From contig NC_057752.1 of the NCBI RefSeq assembly GCF_004010195.1, forward strand, positions 2,313,750-2,360,710: a stretch of 46,961 nucleotides of DNA. Direction: 5' to 3'. Source of the DNA: Chiloscyllium plagiosum. Lineage: Eukaryota. Both the position numbers and the translations under genes were made by a program. Under the pieces are notes generated by a model. That model saw only the letters and a list, made by a program, of their open reading frames with translations, had not been told where the DNA came from and did not search any database. Positions 25,103 to 37,511 of this stretch are shown here, piece after piece (within the stretch, counting starts at the first letter, position 1; each line of letters opens with the position of its first letter).

Positions 25103-25865
25103 GAATAAAGGCAGAGAGCCTGAAGCATGGAGAGATAAGCTACCCTCTCAGGCAACATGTTCCATATTTGACCCATCCCCTGGGTAATTTGCTTTTCCAT
25201 CAGATCCTCGCGAAATGCTTCATTTTTCACTTTAACCTTAATTCAATTGGTCTAAGACATGCCTACATCGCGGAAGTATTTATCACAATCGGCCCAGTCT
25301 ATATCACTCACCATTATGTCTGCATCAATTGCCCCCTTAGCCTCTTCTGCTCCACAGACCCCAAACAAAAGTTAACTTTTTGCTGAGACCTCTCACTTCA
25401 GGGAACATCCCGTGAAACCTCTCTGCAATCTCTGCAGTGCAATTGTTCCCTGCCGATTTTGTAGCGATTGGACCCGCGCAGACTGTGGACTAACCATATC
25501 TTTCTTTAGAGTCTGCAACAATACTTCCTTCCTCCTATATTCCACCCTGTGGCTGATGATTATGCTTCCTTACGAACTTGCAGATGCAAGGACTACTGGG
25601 TTTTCAGTTCAGTACAACAGTGAACCTTTCATCGTTTTAAGTAAAGGTCCTGCTGAGAGCCCTGTCATTGACGGTGCCAGGAATCTTCACTGCCAAAACA
25701 AAACTTTCCTGAGCATAACGCACCGCCTTTCCCCCGGTACCTCCCGCTATATGCCTCATCATTAGAGCAGATGCGATCGGGAGGTAAGCTAAGAGAATGG
25801 AAGAGAGTCCATTCAGGTAGGATACTGTGACGATGCATAATAAATGTAACAGTGGAAATTGAAAG

Positions 25866-26227
25866 NNNNNNNNNNNNNNNNNNNNNNNNNNNNNNNNNNN
25901 NNNNNNNNNNNNNNNNNNNNNNNNNNNNNNNNNNNNNNNNNNNNNNNNNNNNNNNNNNNNNNNNNNNNNNNNNNNNNNNNNNNNNNNNNNNNNNNNNNNN
26001 NNNNNNNNNNNNNNNNNNNNNNNNNNNNNNNNNNNNNNNNNNNNNNNNNNNNNNNNNNNNNNNNNNNNNNNNNNNNNNNNNNNNNNNNNNNNNNNNNNNN
26101 NNNNNNNNNNNNNNNNNNNNNNNNNNNNNNNNNNNNNNNNNNNNNNNNNNNNNNNNNNNNNNNNNNNNNNNNNNNNNNNNNNNNNNNNNNNNNNNNNNNN
26201 NNNNNNNNNNNNNNNNNNNNNNNNNNN
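25866..26227. other. Assembly gap (362 N)
   Basis: Run of N. Confidence 1.
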
Positions 26228-26397
26228 CTTGTCGGACCTGCCCAGCTCCTTTTCCACCTATCCACTCCCCCCTCTCCTCCCTGACCTATCACCTTCATCT
26301 CCTTCCCCCCTGACCTATTGTACTCTATGCCACTCTCTCCCCACCCCCACCCTCCTCTAGCTTATCTCTCCACGCTTCAGGCTCTCTGCCTTTATTC

Positions 26398-26425
26398 CTG
26401 ATGAAGGGCTTTTGCCCGAAACGTC
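26398..26425 (+). ncRNA. Minimal type I hammerhead ribozyme motif (intact core)
   Basis: CUGAUGA-A-GGGC-UUUU-GCCC-GAAA-CG-UC. Confidence 0.75.
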
Positions 26426-27054
26426 GATTTTGCCTGTCCTCGGATGCTGCCTGAATTGCTGTGCTCTTCCAGCACCACTGATCCAGAACATCATTAACAA
26501 GACACAAGTCAGGAGTGTGATGGAATGCTCCCCACTTGCCTGGATGGGGTCAGCTCCAACAACACTCAAGAAGCTCAACACCATCCAGGACAAGGCAGCC
26601 TGCTTGATTGGCACCACCTTCAACAAATATCCACTCCCTCTACCACCGACACTCAGTAGCAGTAGTGTGTGCTATCTACAAGATGCCCTGCAGAAACTCA
26701 CCAAAGATCCTCAGACAGCACCTTCCAAACCCACAATCACTTCCATCTAGAAGGACAAGGGCAGCAGATACATGGGAACACCAGCCCCCTGCAAGTTCCC
26801 CTCCAAGCCATTCAACATCCTGGAAATATATCGCTGTTCCTTCACTGTCTCTGGGTCAAAATCCTGGAATGCCCTCCCTGATGGTATTGTGGGCCTACCT
26901 ACAGCACATGGACTGCAGCAGCTCAAGAAGGCAGTTCACTACCACCTCGTCCAGGGGCAACTAGAGACAGGCAATAAATCCTGGGCCCAGTCAGAGATGC
27001 CCATGCCCCTGATTGAATTTTAAAACCTTCTGATACAATTCAGTTCTATCTTGT

Positions 27055-27582
27055 TATAGAGTAATACAGCATGGAAACAGACCCTTCGGTCCAACTCGCC
27101 CATGCCAACCAGATATCCTAAATTAATTAGATTAGATTAGATTACTTACAGTGTGGAAACAGGCCCTTCGGCCCAACAAGTCCACACCGCCCCGCCGAGC
27201 GCAACCCACCCATACCCCTACATGTACCCCTTACCTAACACTATGGGCAATTTAGCATGGCCAATTCACCTGACCTGCACATCTTTAGACTGTGGGAGGA
27301 AACCGGAGCACCCAGAGGAAACCCACGCAGACACGGGGATAACGTGCAAACTCCACACAGTCAGTCGCCTGAGGCGGGAATTGAACCCGTGTCTATGGCA
27401 CTGTGAGGCAGCAGTGCTAACCACTGTGCCACCGTGCCGCCCACCATCTAGTCCCACTTTCCAGCATTTGGCACAAATCCCTCCAAACTCCTCCTATTCG
27501 TATACCCACTGAAATATCTTTTAAATGTTGTAACTGTACCAGCTTCCACCATTTCCTCTGGCAGTTCATTCCATACATGCAT
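27055..27582 (-). mobile_element. CR1 3' end with a nested HE1 V-SINE (~27127-27445)
   Basis: CR1 UTR ccagatatcctaaattaa|tctagtcccac is split by the SINE, which has a (ttaga)n tail and the V-domain. Confidence 0.9.
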
Positions 27583-27929
27583 TGGAAATTCAACAATATT
27601 TTAATTTTCTATTCTGTTAGGAATTACATTGCTTGGAATAATCTGGTGAACAGATGCCCAATAGCAAGCCCATGATATAAAGGCCAAACAAGGGGCAGGA
27701 CATAGTTATTTAAACACTTCAGGCTTGCCTGACCATTTAGATCTTCAACAACATCTTGCATTTGTTTTGGAGGATCACCTAAGATTCAGCTGTCAGACAA
27801 TTGTAAACCTCCTGGCATGGTTTACCATTGGGTCAATCATTGACAAGTGGTGGAAGGCCACCATTCAGCTGATTTGTTGAATGAAGGCCTAAACTGGCAT
27901 CAAACTGTCAGGCTGAATGACCTGTTACT

Positions 27930-28565
27930 CATAGAGTCATAGCGTCATAGAGATGTACAGCACTGAAACAGACCCTTCGGTCCAACCCGTCCATGCTGAC
28001 CAGATTTCCCACCCTAATCTAGTCCCACCTGCCAGCACCCAGCCCATATCCCTCCAAACCCTTCCTATTCATATACCTATCCAGATGCCTTTTAAATGTT
28101 GCAATTGTACCAGCCTCCACCACTTCCTCTGGCAGCTCATTCCATACACGTACCACCCTCTGTGTGAAAAGGTTGCCCCTTTTATATCTTTCCTCTCTCA
28201 CCCTAAACCTATGCTCTCTAGTTCTGAACTCCCCTACCTCGGGAAAAGACCTTGTCTATTTATCCTATCCACGCCCCTCATAATTTTGTAAACCTCTATA
28301 AGGTCACCCCTCAGCCTCTGACGCTCCAAGGAAAACAGCCCCAGCCTGTTCAGCCTCTCCCTATAGCTCAAATCCTCCAACCCTGGCAACATCCTTGTAA
28401 ATCTTTTCTGAACCTTGTCAAGTTTCACAACATCTTTTTGATAGGAAGGAGACCAGAATTGCACGCAATATTCCAACAGTGGCCTAACCAACATGACCTC
28501 CCAATTCCTATACTCAATACTTTGACCAATAAAGGAAAGCTTCCCAAACACCTTTTGTCCTACTA
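27930..28565 (-). mobile_element. CR1/HER1 LINE 3' fragment
   Basis: LVRPLLEYCVQFWSP..RGDLIEVYKI..RVVRVWNELP. Confidence 0.93.
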
Positions 28566-28926
28566 AATTTCATTAAACAGACATGGATAGGCTGGTGGAA
28601 TGGGTGAACACATGGCAGGTGAAAATTAGTGCCTGGAAATATGAAATGATACACTTTAGTGGAAAGAACACGGAGAAAAAATATTTTAAAATGGGCATTA
28701 TTCTAATAGACGTGAAGATCAGCAGTGTGTTCTTTAGAGTGGAGCTAAAACCACAACCAAATAAGCAAACTGACTGCCTTTAAAGGGGCACTGTAGCTAA
28801 AGCAAAGTCTTACGTTTCTACTTATCAAGTTAAATTGAAATGTCATTTCCTGGTCGAATAATGAACTCCATCCCTTGGCGTGCCTACTGGTCATAGAAGA
28901 CCCCAAGTGAACTGGCAGACACCACT

Positions 28927-29028
28927 GTAACCATGGCAACCATGTCTAATGACTCCGTCTGCTGCCTGGACCTTTTAATGGCAAGCTCAGCCACCTCAAG
29001 AAGCAGACCAACATGGCGTCCTTCCAAT
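28927..29028. promoter_or_regulatory. Candidate cis-element: RFX X-box, YY1-like and CCAAT motifs
   Basis: GTAACCATGGCAAC (28927-28940), CAACATGGCG (29009-29018), CCAAT (~29024). Confidence 0.35.
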
Positions 29029-29202
29029 CTCCTCCCCTCTCTTCACACTGGCTGGTCAAAGAGCAGGAACCTATCTACACAGATCATTGCCAGTGGCAGG
29101 GCAGGTTGAGAAAGGGACTTAAAAAAGACATATGGGATCCTAAGCTTCTGGTACAAAAACAGTGAAGTTACAATGACCCCCTGTATAAAATATTGCTCCA
29201 GT

Positions 29203-29312
29203 TGAGTTCTGAAGAAGGGTCACTGGATGCGAAAATTTAACTGTTTTTTTCTCTCTCTCCGCAGATGCTGCCCAACCAGCTGAGTTTCTCCAGCAGTTTC
29301 TGTGTTTGTTCC
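29203..29312 (+). mobile_element. PLE family B terminal fragment with a degenerate hammerhead
   Basis: gagttCTGAAGAAGGGTCACTGGATGCGAAAATTTAACT followed by cagatgctgcc..tttctccagca. Confidence 0.75.
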
Positions 29313-29555
29313 TCTTTTCTTCCTCTGGTTCTGGGCACAGATGCCAGCTGCTACTTGCCCAGATGATATTGAAAGGTCCAGCTTAGACGTACAAAACAGG
29401 TTTGTGTACAGACAGGGGAATATCAATGTCTCTTTGTCTAAAAGCATGATTCTTTTTTCCCCCTTTAGCTGAGAGGCGCAACCTGCTTGAGAATTGTCAA
29501 AGGGACAATGGTAGAAAAGGGGAAAGAAACTTTAGTGGCACAACTCTGACTCAAT

Positions 29556-29569
29556 CCAGCAGGAGGCGC
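29556..29569 (+). promoter_or_regulatory. CTCF-like motif
   Basis: CCAGCAGGAGGCGC matches the CTCF core. Confidence 0.5.
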
Positions 29570-29654
29570 TGTGTCAAGGTAATGGTGGACTGGGATGCTG
29601 AACATTGCAACCTCTGTGTAGGGTGTCAAGTCTCCAGGATTGAACTGGACTCTC

Positions 29655-30283
29655 CTAGAACATATAAAAATAGGACTGATGAGCAGGAATAGGCCATTTG
29701 GCCCTTCAAGCCTGCACTGACACTCAATAAGACAAGAAGAACTGAGATGGGGAGAAATGGCTTCACCCAGAGAGTGGGGAGCCTGTGGAATTCTCTGCCA
29801 CAGGATTGGTTGAGGCTAAACATGGAATGTTTTCAAGAAGGAGTTCGATATAGTTCTTAGGGCTAAAGGGATCAAAGGGAATGGGGAAAAAATGGGAACA
29901 GGGGACTGAGATGGATGATCAGCCTTAGATTCATATGAACAGGCCATTCAGCCCATTGAGTCTACACTGACCTATCGGCACTAATCTCACTTTCCAACAC
30001 TTGGCCCCTGTCTTTGAATGTTATGACATTTCAGGTGCTCAACCACATCCTTTTTAAAGGTTCAGCGATCATATTGAATGGCAGAGCAGGCTCGACAACT
30101 GTGACCCCTAGGCTCTGGACTCCCCCCAGTCATTGAAAACATCATTCCTGCATCTACCATGTCTATTCCTGATGGAATTTTATAGGATTCTATGAGATTC
30201 GCCCTCATTCTTCCCAGCTCCAGTGAATATAGGCCTAACCAATCCAGTCTCTCTTCATATGTCAGTCCTGCCATCCCGGACAA
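29655..30283. mobile_element. Mosaic of CR1 3' fragments in both orientations
   Basis: Minus, plus, minus, plus, minus pieces; last piece encodes GLTYEERLDWLGLYSLE. Confidence 0.75.
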
Positions 30284-30759
30284 AATGCAAGTTATTTCTC
30301 TCTCTTCTTCTATCTGAAGATATTCTAGTTTGATTAATGACAGCGTGGTTACCTTGGTGATACCATCGAAACAGTTCGACAGATAAAGGTCACCTTTACT
30401 CGGAAAAGATGTTCCTCATGTGGAAGAGTGGCCTGTTGGGTATTCGCTTGAGTAAAAACTGAACTGAGGGGCCATCAAATCGGATGCTGTCTTCATCTCC
30501 ACATTCCAGCGTGAGTCACAGTTGGTGATCCAAAGTGGGGCAGCTTATTCACTTCATCCCTTTTTCGTGCCTGTACCGAGTAAAATCGAAGCAGCTCGGT
30601 GCTGGAGAAACTCAGCAGATCCAGGCGAGATCTCTTGTACTCGAAGCTGCCCTTCTGTCCCACTTACTCCTCTTTACTTTGTTTGACAGTAAATAATTCT
30701 TCACTTTTCCACCTCTACCTTCAGTTCCAAAGAAGAGTCATATTGGAGGAGTCCCACGA

Positions 30760-31590
30760 AATGCTAAGAGACTGCAGAACTCTGAGGTGCAGAGGGATCT
30801 GGTTGGCCCAGTGCATGAATCGCAGAAGGTTAGCTTGCAGGTACAGCAAGTAATCAGGAAAACTAATCGAATGTAATGTTTTATTGTGAGGGCAATAGAA
30901 TGCAGGAGTGAGAAGGTTATGCTTCAGTTGTACAGGACATCGGTGAGACCACACCTGGAGTACTGTGTACAGCACTGGCCACTGTACTTACAGAGGGGTA
31001 TTAATGTATTGGAAGCAGTTCACTGAAAGTTTACTGGACTAATACCTGGAACCAGTGGATTACCTTATGAGGAAAGACTGACAGGCTATTATGACAGGAT
31101 ACAGTAGGCCTGTATCCTCTGGAGTTTAGAACAGTCAGAGCTGACTTAATTGAAACATATAAAATCCAGAGGGGACTTGACCGAGTGGATGTGGAAAGGA
31201 TGTTTTCTCTTGTGGGAGTATCTAGAACTAGAACATATGAACTAGGAACAGCAGTCCCTCCACCATTTAATACGATCATGACTGATTTAATTTTGGCCTC
31301 CACTTTCCTGGTGGGGCCATAATTTAAAAATCAGGGGTCACCCATTTAAGATCGAGATGGGGAAACCTTTCTTTAATCTGAGGGTTGAGGCTCTTTGGAA
31401 TTTCCTTCCTCAAAAGGCAGTGGATGTAGAATCTTTCATAATGTTTAAGGCAGAGGGAGATAGATTCTTGATGACCAAGGGGATGAAAAATTATTGGGGG
31501 ATATAGGAATGTAGAGATGAGGTTAAAATCCAATCTTATAGAATGGCGGAACAGGCTCGAAGGGCCGATCGGCCTCCCTTTGTTCCTTAT
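30760..31590 (+). mobile_element. CR1 LINE 3' fragment with a short antisense CR1 tail inserted at ~31230-31310
   Basis: gtgagaccacacctggagtactgtgtacag..; 3' UTR gaatggcggaacaggctcgaagggccg. Confidence 0.85.
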
Positions 31591-33404
31591 TGATATGAAT
31601 AGACTCAAAACATTCACTCTGTTTTTCTCTCCACAGAAACTGCCAGACCTATTGAGTTTCTCCATCTTCTGGTTTTCAATTCAGATCTCTAGCATCCACA
31701 GCATTTTGTTTTCATTTAATGTCCCTGTACTGACTAAGCCTAATTTCGAGGTTATTATTACACCCCTGTATATTTGGCAGTAAACTGAATTCAGCACTAA
31801 TACATTATCTTTCATTGTTAAAAAAAGTTGTCCACATTTATTAACTGTTCCTAGTTACTCTGACAACCACAAGCTTCCAAGCAAAGGGCACTGGGGGAAG
31901 GTCTAATGGCCGTGTGACAGGTTTAGATAGGACAGATAAAGAAAAGCTGTTCCCAGTGGCTGATCTCTGGTCTTTAAAAATATAAACTTCCTCTAATGAT
32001 GAACTCAACACCGCAAGGAACTGGAAGAACCATGAAGTTGATAAAAGCCATAAACAAATGACTTGTTATAAGACGAGGCATATTCTATGCAAAATCATGA
32101 GGGTGGTTCTTGATTGGTCAGGGGATCAATGGTTGCAGGGAGAAGGTGGGAGAAAGGGCCTGAGAAACATCAACCATGATTGAATGGCAGAGCAGAATCG
32201 ATGGGCTGAATGGCCTAATACTATTCCTATACCTTATGGTCTTATGGTCTAAATATACGAACCTAGAGGCACAACATATGTTATGTGCTACAGAAGGCTA
32301 TTTATTCAAGAAAATATATATTTTCAAATTTTTGGCCAGTGCTGTGGTATTGGAGACATTTGAGATGTATGCAGAATTGATTAAAAATGGCATTCACAGT
32401 CTCCAAGACAGAACTAGTGCAACACTGGGAGAATGGATCGATACCAGACTCTTGCAAGAAGGCAGCTTGTTTGGGGACTAGCAGCATAGAGACACGTGAG
32501 ATTTCTCCAAAAGTTGGATCAGACAGAGAAGGTCAGCTGAACAATGCCTTGAAGCGCAGAAAGCAAGATGGCTGATTGTGGCTCAGTTTGACAACTGAAG
32601 ACCCACCTGCTCAGCTAATTGGCACCCTGTGCTATCCGTGCACAGGGATACTGGGTGAAATGGCCACCTCTTGTGCTGTGTCATTCTACAACCATGCAAC
32701 TTCTCACAGCAAACCTGGTATTTGTTTGTTCCTGAGGGTGGAGTCTGGAAATGGGCTCTTCATTGAGCAACATGGGTAAGGAACCAAGACCCTCAGTACC
32801 GGATCCCGATGAGGCTGAGAGGAGCCAATCAAAAGGTGGGGTCCTCCAAGAAGCCATTTGCTGGGCTTGACAAGTCTGGGAGTTGCATAAGGGAAGGAAG
32901 AGTGAGAAAATGAAAGGGATCCATGGCTTTGAGGTCCAGAGAGAGAGAGAGATTAGAAGCTACACGTGAAAGGTGGGGGATCTAGTAGATGAGAAAGTGT
33001 ATCTAGGAACACAAATGAAATGTCCGAAGAAGCTTTTCCTTTCATCATAGAACAAAACCATAGACATTGACAGTCTAAAAGGCGGTGTACATCAGACCAG
33101 TTAGCACATAGACAGGTCAGTTTGAACTGTTCCCATTCCATTTTGCATTGTGTGTCTAACTCCTGTGTTATACATGTATGATTTTAAAAAATGCTTCATC
33201 CACATAGCAGCATATCAGCGAATCCTCTAGAAACTAAAGCATTGGAACTGGGTTGCGGTGAGATCCTCAGCTTGACCAATCCCGAATCTTTGATATCTGA
33301 AATAAAGCAACGATGACACTCCAAATCTCTGCCTAAAATCCTTCTGTTGATCAATTCTGTGCTTCATCATCAACAAATTGTGAATTATTTAAACATTCAC
33401 AGAA

Positions 33405-33725
33405 TATGGACATCACTGGCTAGGCCAGCATTTATTGCCCATCTCTAATTGCCCAGGGGGCAGTTAGGTGTTAACCCCTTTGCTGTGGATCTGGAGTCAC
33501 ATGTAGGCCAGACCAGGTAAGGATTGCAGCTTCCTTCCCTTAAGGACATTAGTGAACCAGATGGGTTTTTCTCTCAATAATAATTCCAAGGTCATCATAA
33601 GACTCTTAATTCCAGAAATTTTGTTGAATTCAAGTTCCACCATCTACCATGGCAGGATTCAAACCCAGGTCCCCAGAACATTACCCGGGTCCCTGGATAA
33701 ATAGGTCAAGCAACAATACCACTTC
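33405..33725 (-). mobile_element. tRNA-derived SINE with LINE-like tail
   Basis: Antisense copy of the 22755 family; tail ggcaattagagatgggcaataaatgctggcc. Confidence 0.85.
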
Positions 33726-34419
33726 CCATTAAATATTCTGAACATAACCTGCCCAACAGCAGATCAATCGTTCTTCAAGATTCACTTTCGCATGTTTTTG
33801 TAAGTTGTTCAAAGATGATTGATGGATTCATCATTAAGGAATATTTTGTTGGTGTGGTCCCTGTTCTTAGTGAGAAAGCAAATGCTTAACCACATTTTAG
33901 GAGCCAGTTAATCAATCGTGAAGTTCACTGACACGAAATTGGATATTGCAGATGTACAGCAGACCATCAAAGTCTATTACAACTGTGTAGCTTTCTTTGG
34001 GAAAGTTGAAAATGAGATTCAGAAAGCAGCCATTGTTTTGAAACACTATTTCTTCCTATGTGTGGAAAGAATGATTCTGGTTATCTGATAGTTCACAAAC
34101 AGTGTGAAATGCTGCAGGCAAAAACATCGCTCGCTTCCCATCATATCACGTCAAAGGAGATTATTAACATTTTTAAATTGGGAATATTGTTAACCTTTTA
34201 TCCGTCTGCCTGGGAATCCAGCTTTGATCTTCGGAAACCGATCTTGTGCACTAATGAGTCAGTAACTGCTCTTATTGGGAAACAAAGCATTTGGGATATC
34301 CCAGCAAGATGGTTTTGATTTCCCAACTGCAAAAATTTCAAATGAGCTGTTCTCTCTTTACAGCTGTGAGTTTTGTTAGCAGGATGAGATTTCATGATAC
34401 AGGGTATCTAAGGTCTGGA

Positions 34420-34800
34420 TGTGGGACACAGTGGTATATTGATTATGTCACTTGAGCTGGATATGCAGGGGCTCAGATTACTGCTTTGGAGACATAAATA
34501 CAAATCCCTCCATGGTAATTGGTGGAATTTAAATTCAATCAATAAATCTGGAATTGAAAGCTATTTGTACTGTTTGTTTTTATTTAAAATATCCTTTGAT
34601 TTATTAATATCTTTTAGAAAGGGAAAACTTCCATCCTTATCTGACAGGCCTACATGTAACTCCAGCCCAACAGCAATGTTAATTGCTCATTCTCACCCTA
34701 GTGATACATTCAAGTCCAGGACTGTTAAAGATGGGAATCAAATGTTGGCCGTGGGGTGGGCAAGAAATGTTAGCTTTGCCAGTGACACTTACAACCCATG
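34420..34800 (+). mobile_element. Older copy of the same SINE family
   Basis: ggtggaatttaaattcaat..aaatctggaattgaaagct..cctacatgtaactccag. Confidence 0.75.
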
Positions 34801-36031
34801 AAATATAATCAACAAGTCCAATTGGGACAAGAGTTGACAAAATAGGCCAAACTGGTGCTATTTTCCAAATAACATTCATTGAAAAGAAAAAAAACCCAAC
34901 TACAAATACTGCCAGTTATATTTCATCACCTGTATGTTGACTATAATTCCTGAATTATTTTGTGTTTCACATTTACTTTACATTGTGAAATACTTTTGGC
35001 TTTGGTTTCTTTAGCCTGTAAGGTCTTCAGTCTTTAATATTCTGCCAATGCCAGAAAGGGATTGAAAGTAACAGTGAATGGTGGTGGTCAATTATTCAGA
35101 AAATAATTACTGAAACCAGGGCAAATGAATGCATCCATCACTAACAGCCTATATCCTGTTGCTGCATCGATTTGTCCCAGGATTTGCTTCCCCTTTATTT
35201 TGCTGAAACATCCACTCCTGCTTTTGATCACTTTCTCTCTGTGGTGAAAGAACATTGTGTTTACTTCTGATAATTGATTGCATTATACAGATTCAAAGTA
35301 AGGCCATAATTATCTCTGTCTGTTATGCCACCCTTGTTGAATAGCTCAATTGCAATTGCTTGGCCCCTAACTACTCCCTGTCCATTGACTCCCTCTCAAA
35401 AATCAGCTGTTCCTCATACACCTCCTCACTCACCTCCCTCTTGTTGCACTGGGATAAATGTCACTTAGCCAGATGGGATTTGTCTCAGCCTTTCCAGTTT
35501 GCTGAAAACGTGAATCTTGTTTACTTTGAAGTCCTTCATTTCAGTTTAGGTCTCTTTCTTCCAGGGATTCGAAAAGGACATGTTGCCCATGTCTGCCTTG
35601 CAAATGCTTTGAGGAAGTAATAACTCAGAATATTTTCAATCGAGTGCCTATCCTCATTTCGAAGTCTGTCTTTTAATGCTGTCTTCTCTGACAGCCACTT
35701 GTTCATTTGTACTTTGATACATTTTTCCCCTCTGCGGCAATTTGTTTTTCTCTCAATCTTTCTTTATCCTAATCTTTCCGAGGTGTTCTTGTGAGATCAT
35801 AGTCCAGTGTTTCCCTGCAAGGATTGTAATGGTCATTTTCTTTTGCAGGTGCCCTTTGTAAGGTGACACCTGGCCATTTACACTGTGGCTTGACACAAGA
35901 ATCACAAAAACTAAGGAGGCAACACTCAAAGCTCAACTTAAACACGAACATTTGTATTGGGTTTGGTGGGATTACTAATTAGCATTACCAAGTCCTGATA
36001 ATGCACCTATTATCAGTGCACCCAGTAACTG

Positions 36032-36130
36032 AGGTCCTCCTCTTGTGGTAGTCTCCCCGCCCCTGGATCAGGAGGCCAGGTTCAAGTCCTGCCTGCTTCA
36101 GAGGTGTCTCTGAACAGGTTGTTTAGAAAA
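36032..36130 (+). mobile_element. Short tRNA-like SINE (related copies at 41373-41475 on plus and ~17260-17318 on minus)
   Basis: ggttcaagtcc B-box, then cagaggtgt..tctctgaacag..ttagaaa in both plus-strand copies. Confidence 0.6.
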
Positions 36131-36661
36131 CTAGGTTCAATAAAAATTTACGCTCATTAATGCATTACAAGACCATTGCCAGTCTAACTGAACACTATAC
36201 ATACACTAACCCAGCAAACAATCATCTCCTGTTGTACTCTTCAACAACTGACCACATTTCCCACTTAAAGCAACAAATCTCTCTTTGCAATGGTTTTTAT
36301 ATATCCCCGTCTCAGGTGTGCAAGATGTTTCATTGCCTCGATTGCACTGTCCGATCAAAATTCATCCTAATCTACTACTATCCTAATTCTTTGCTCATAC
36401 TATGATATTAAAAGGTATCTTGCGTTTTAAGCCTCTTTCAGTAATTTTCCTGCCAGACATTTATCAGCAAATGCAACATTCTCTCACACATTTCAAAATC
36501 GCGAGATAATTAAACCCTCAAATTCCTGACTTGTTTCTTGGAGAATTAAAGACAGTTTATCTAATTATTTAAGCATATTAAAATAATATAGTTCCTGACA
36601 GAGTCAGTTCCTCTGCTTCTCAAAAGGAGACATCATCAATCAAATATCGGTTTGTAAAATA

Positions 36662-36797
36662 CAAGCAAAAGGAAATACTGTGGGTGCTGGAGATCTGAAA
36701 TGACAAAAAAGTGCTGGAGAAACTCAGCAGGGCTGGCAGCATCTGTTGGAAGGGAAACACAGTTCACAGTTTGATTCTAACATGACTTCTTCAGAAC
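36662..36797 (-). mobile_element. PLE family B terminal fragment
   Basis: gctggagaaactcagcag..ggcagcatctgt..acttcttcagaac. Confidence 0.7.
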
Positions 36798-36965
36798 GTC
36801 AGTTTCTGCAGCTTTGGAACACTTAAGCCAGTTGAACAAGTCTTTTCTTAAATATGTTCAGTCACGCCAATCTCTTATTTTTGTAGTTCCAAACACCACC
36901 TGTTTAAGATCAGCGACTTTGTTTATCTGTAATGAAAACAGCTGATAGTTATTAGTAGGTTTTTT

Positions 36966-37255
36966 TTAGATTAGATTCCCTACAGCGTGGAAACAGTCCA
37001 CACCGACCCTCCGCAAAGTAACCCACCCAGACCCAATTCCCTCTAACTAATACCCCTAACACTATGGGCAATTTAGCATAGCCAATTCACCTGATCTGCA
37101 CATCTTTGGACTGTGGGAGGAAACCGGAGCACCCGGAGGGAACCCACACAGACACGGGGAGAACGTGCAAACTCCACACAGGCAATCTCCCGAGGCTGGA
37201 ATCGAACCTGAGACCCTGGTGCTGTGAGGCAGCGGTGCTAGCCACTGTGCCACCC
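36966..37255 (-). mobile_element. HE1-type V-SINE
   Basis: V-domain, tRNA head and (ttaga) tail. Confidence 0.92.
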
Positions 37256-37511
37256 CCAGGTTACTGTAGTAAAACAAGCCTTTTAGTCTCTGTGCCAGTA
37301 AAGCTCAGTCAGTCTCTGTACATTTTCCCACAGTAAAAAGCATTCTGTATTTCAGTTAAACCGTCAATGCTCCCAGATTGGTTTGTCCCTTTAGTCTCAA
37401 CCAAACGGATTTGATTAAAATAATACTGTCTGTTACAAATTTCAAGTTGTTGTTTTGCTTGAGGACATGACTGTTTAATCTGGGGTTTCAGAACTTCAAT
37501 ATGCATTTGTG

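Larger units (their letters stand above)
24979..26488. mobile_element. Composite Penelope-derived insertion with inverted 131-bp arms, cargo and an assembly gap
   Basis: Exact 14-bp TSD catcattaacaaga (24965-24978 and 26489-26502); arms 25012-25142 and 26358-26488 differ at one base. Confidence 0.85.
24830..27025 (+). mobile_element. Second-family CR1-group LINE split by a composite PLE insertion
   Basis: ATTAGQRLGIL..LLTPQSLS (left part) continues as TQVRSVMECSPLAW (right part, from 26503). Confidence 0.88.

Noticed and set aside
25637..26313. Long ORFs in the track
   Set aside because: They consist mostly of the N gap
30353..30497. In-frame TGA suggesting a selenoprotein
   Set aside because: No recognisable homology, redox motif or SECIS
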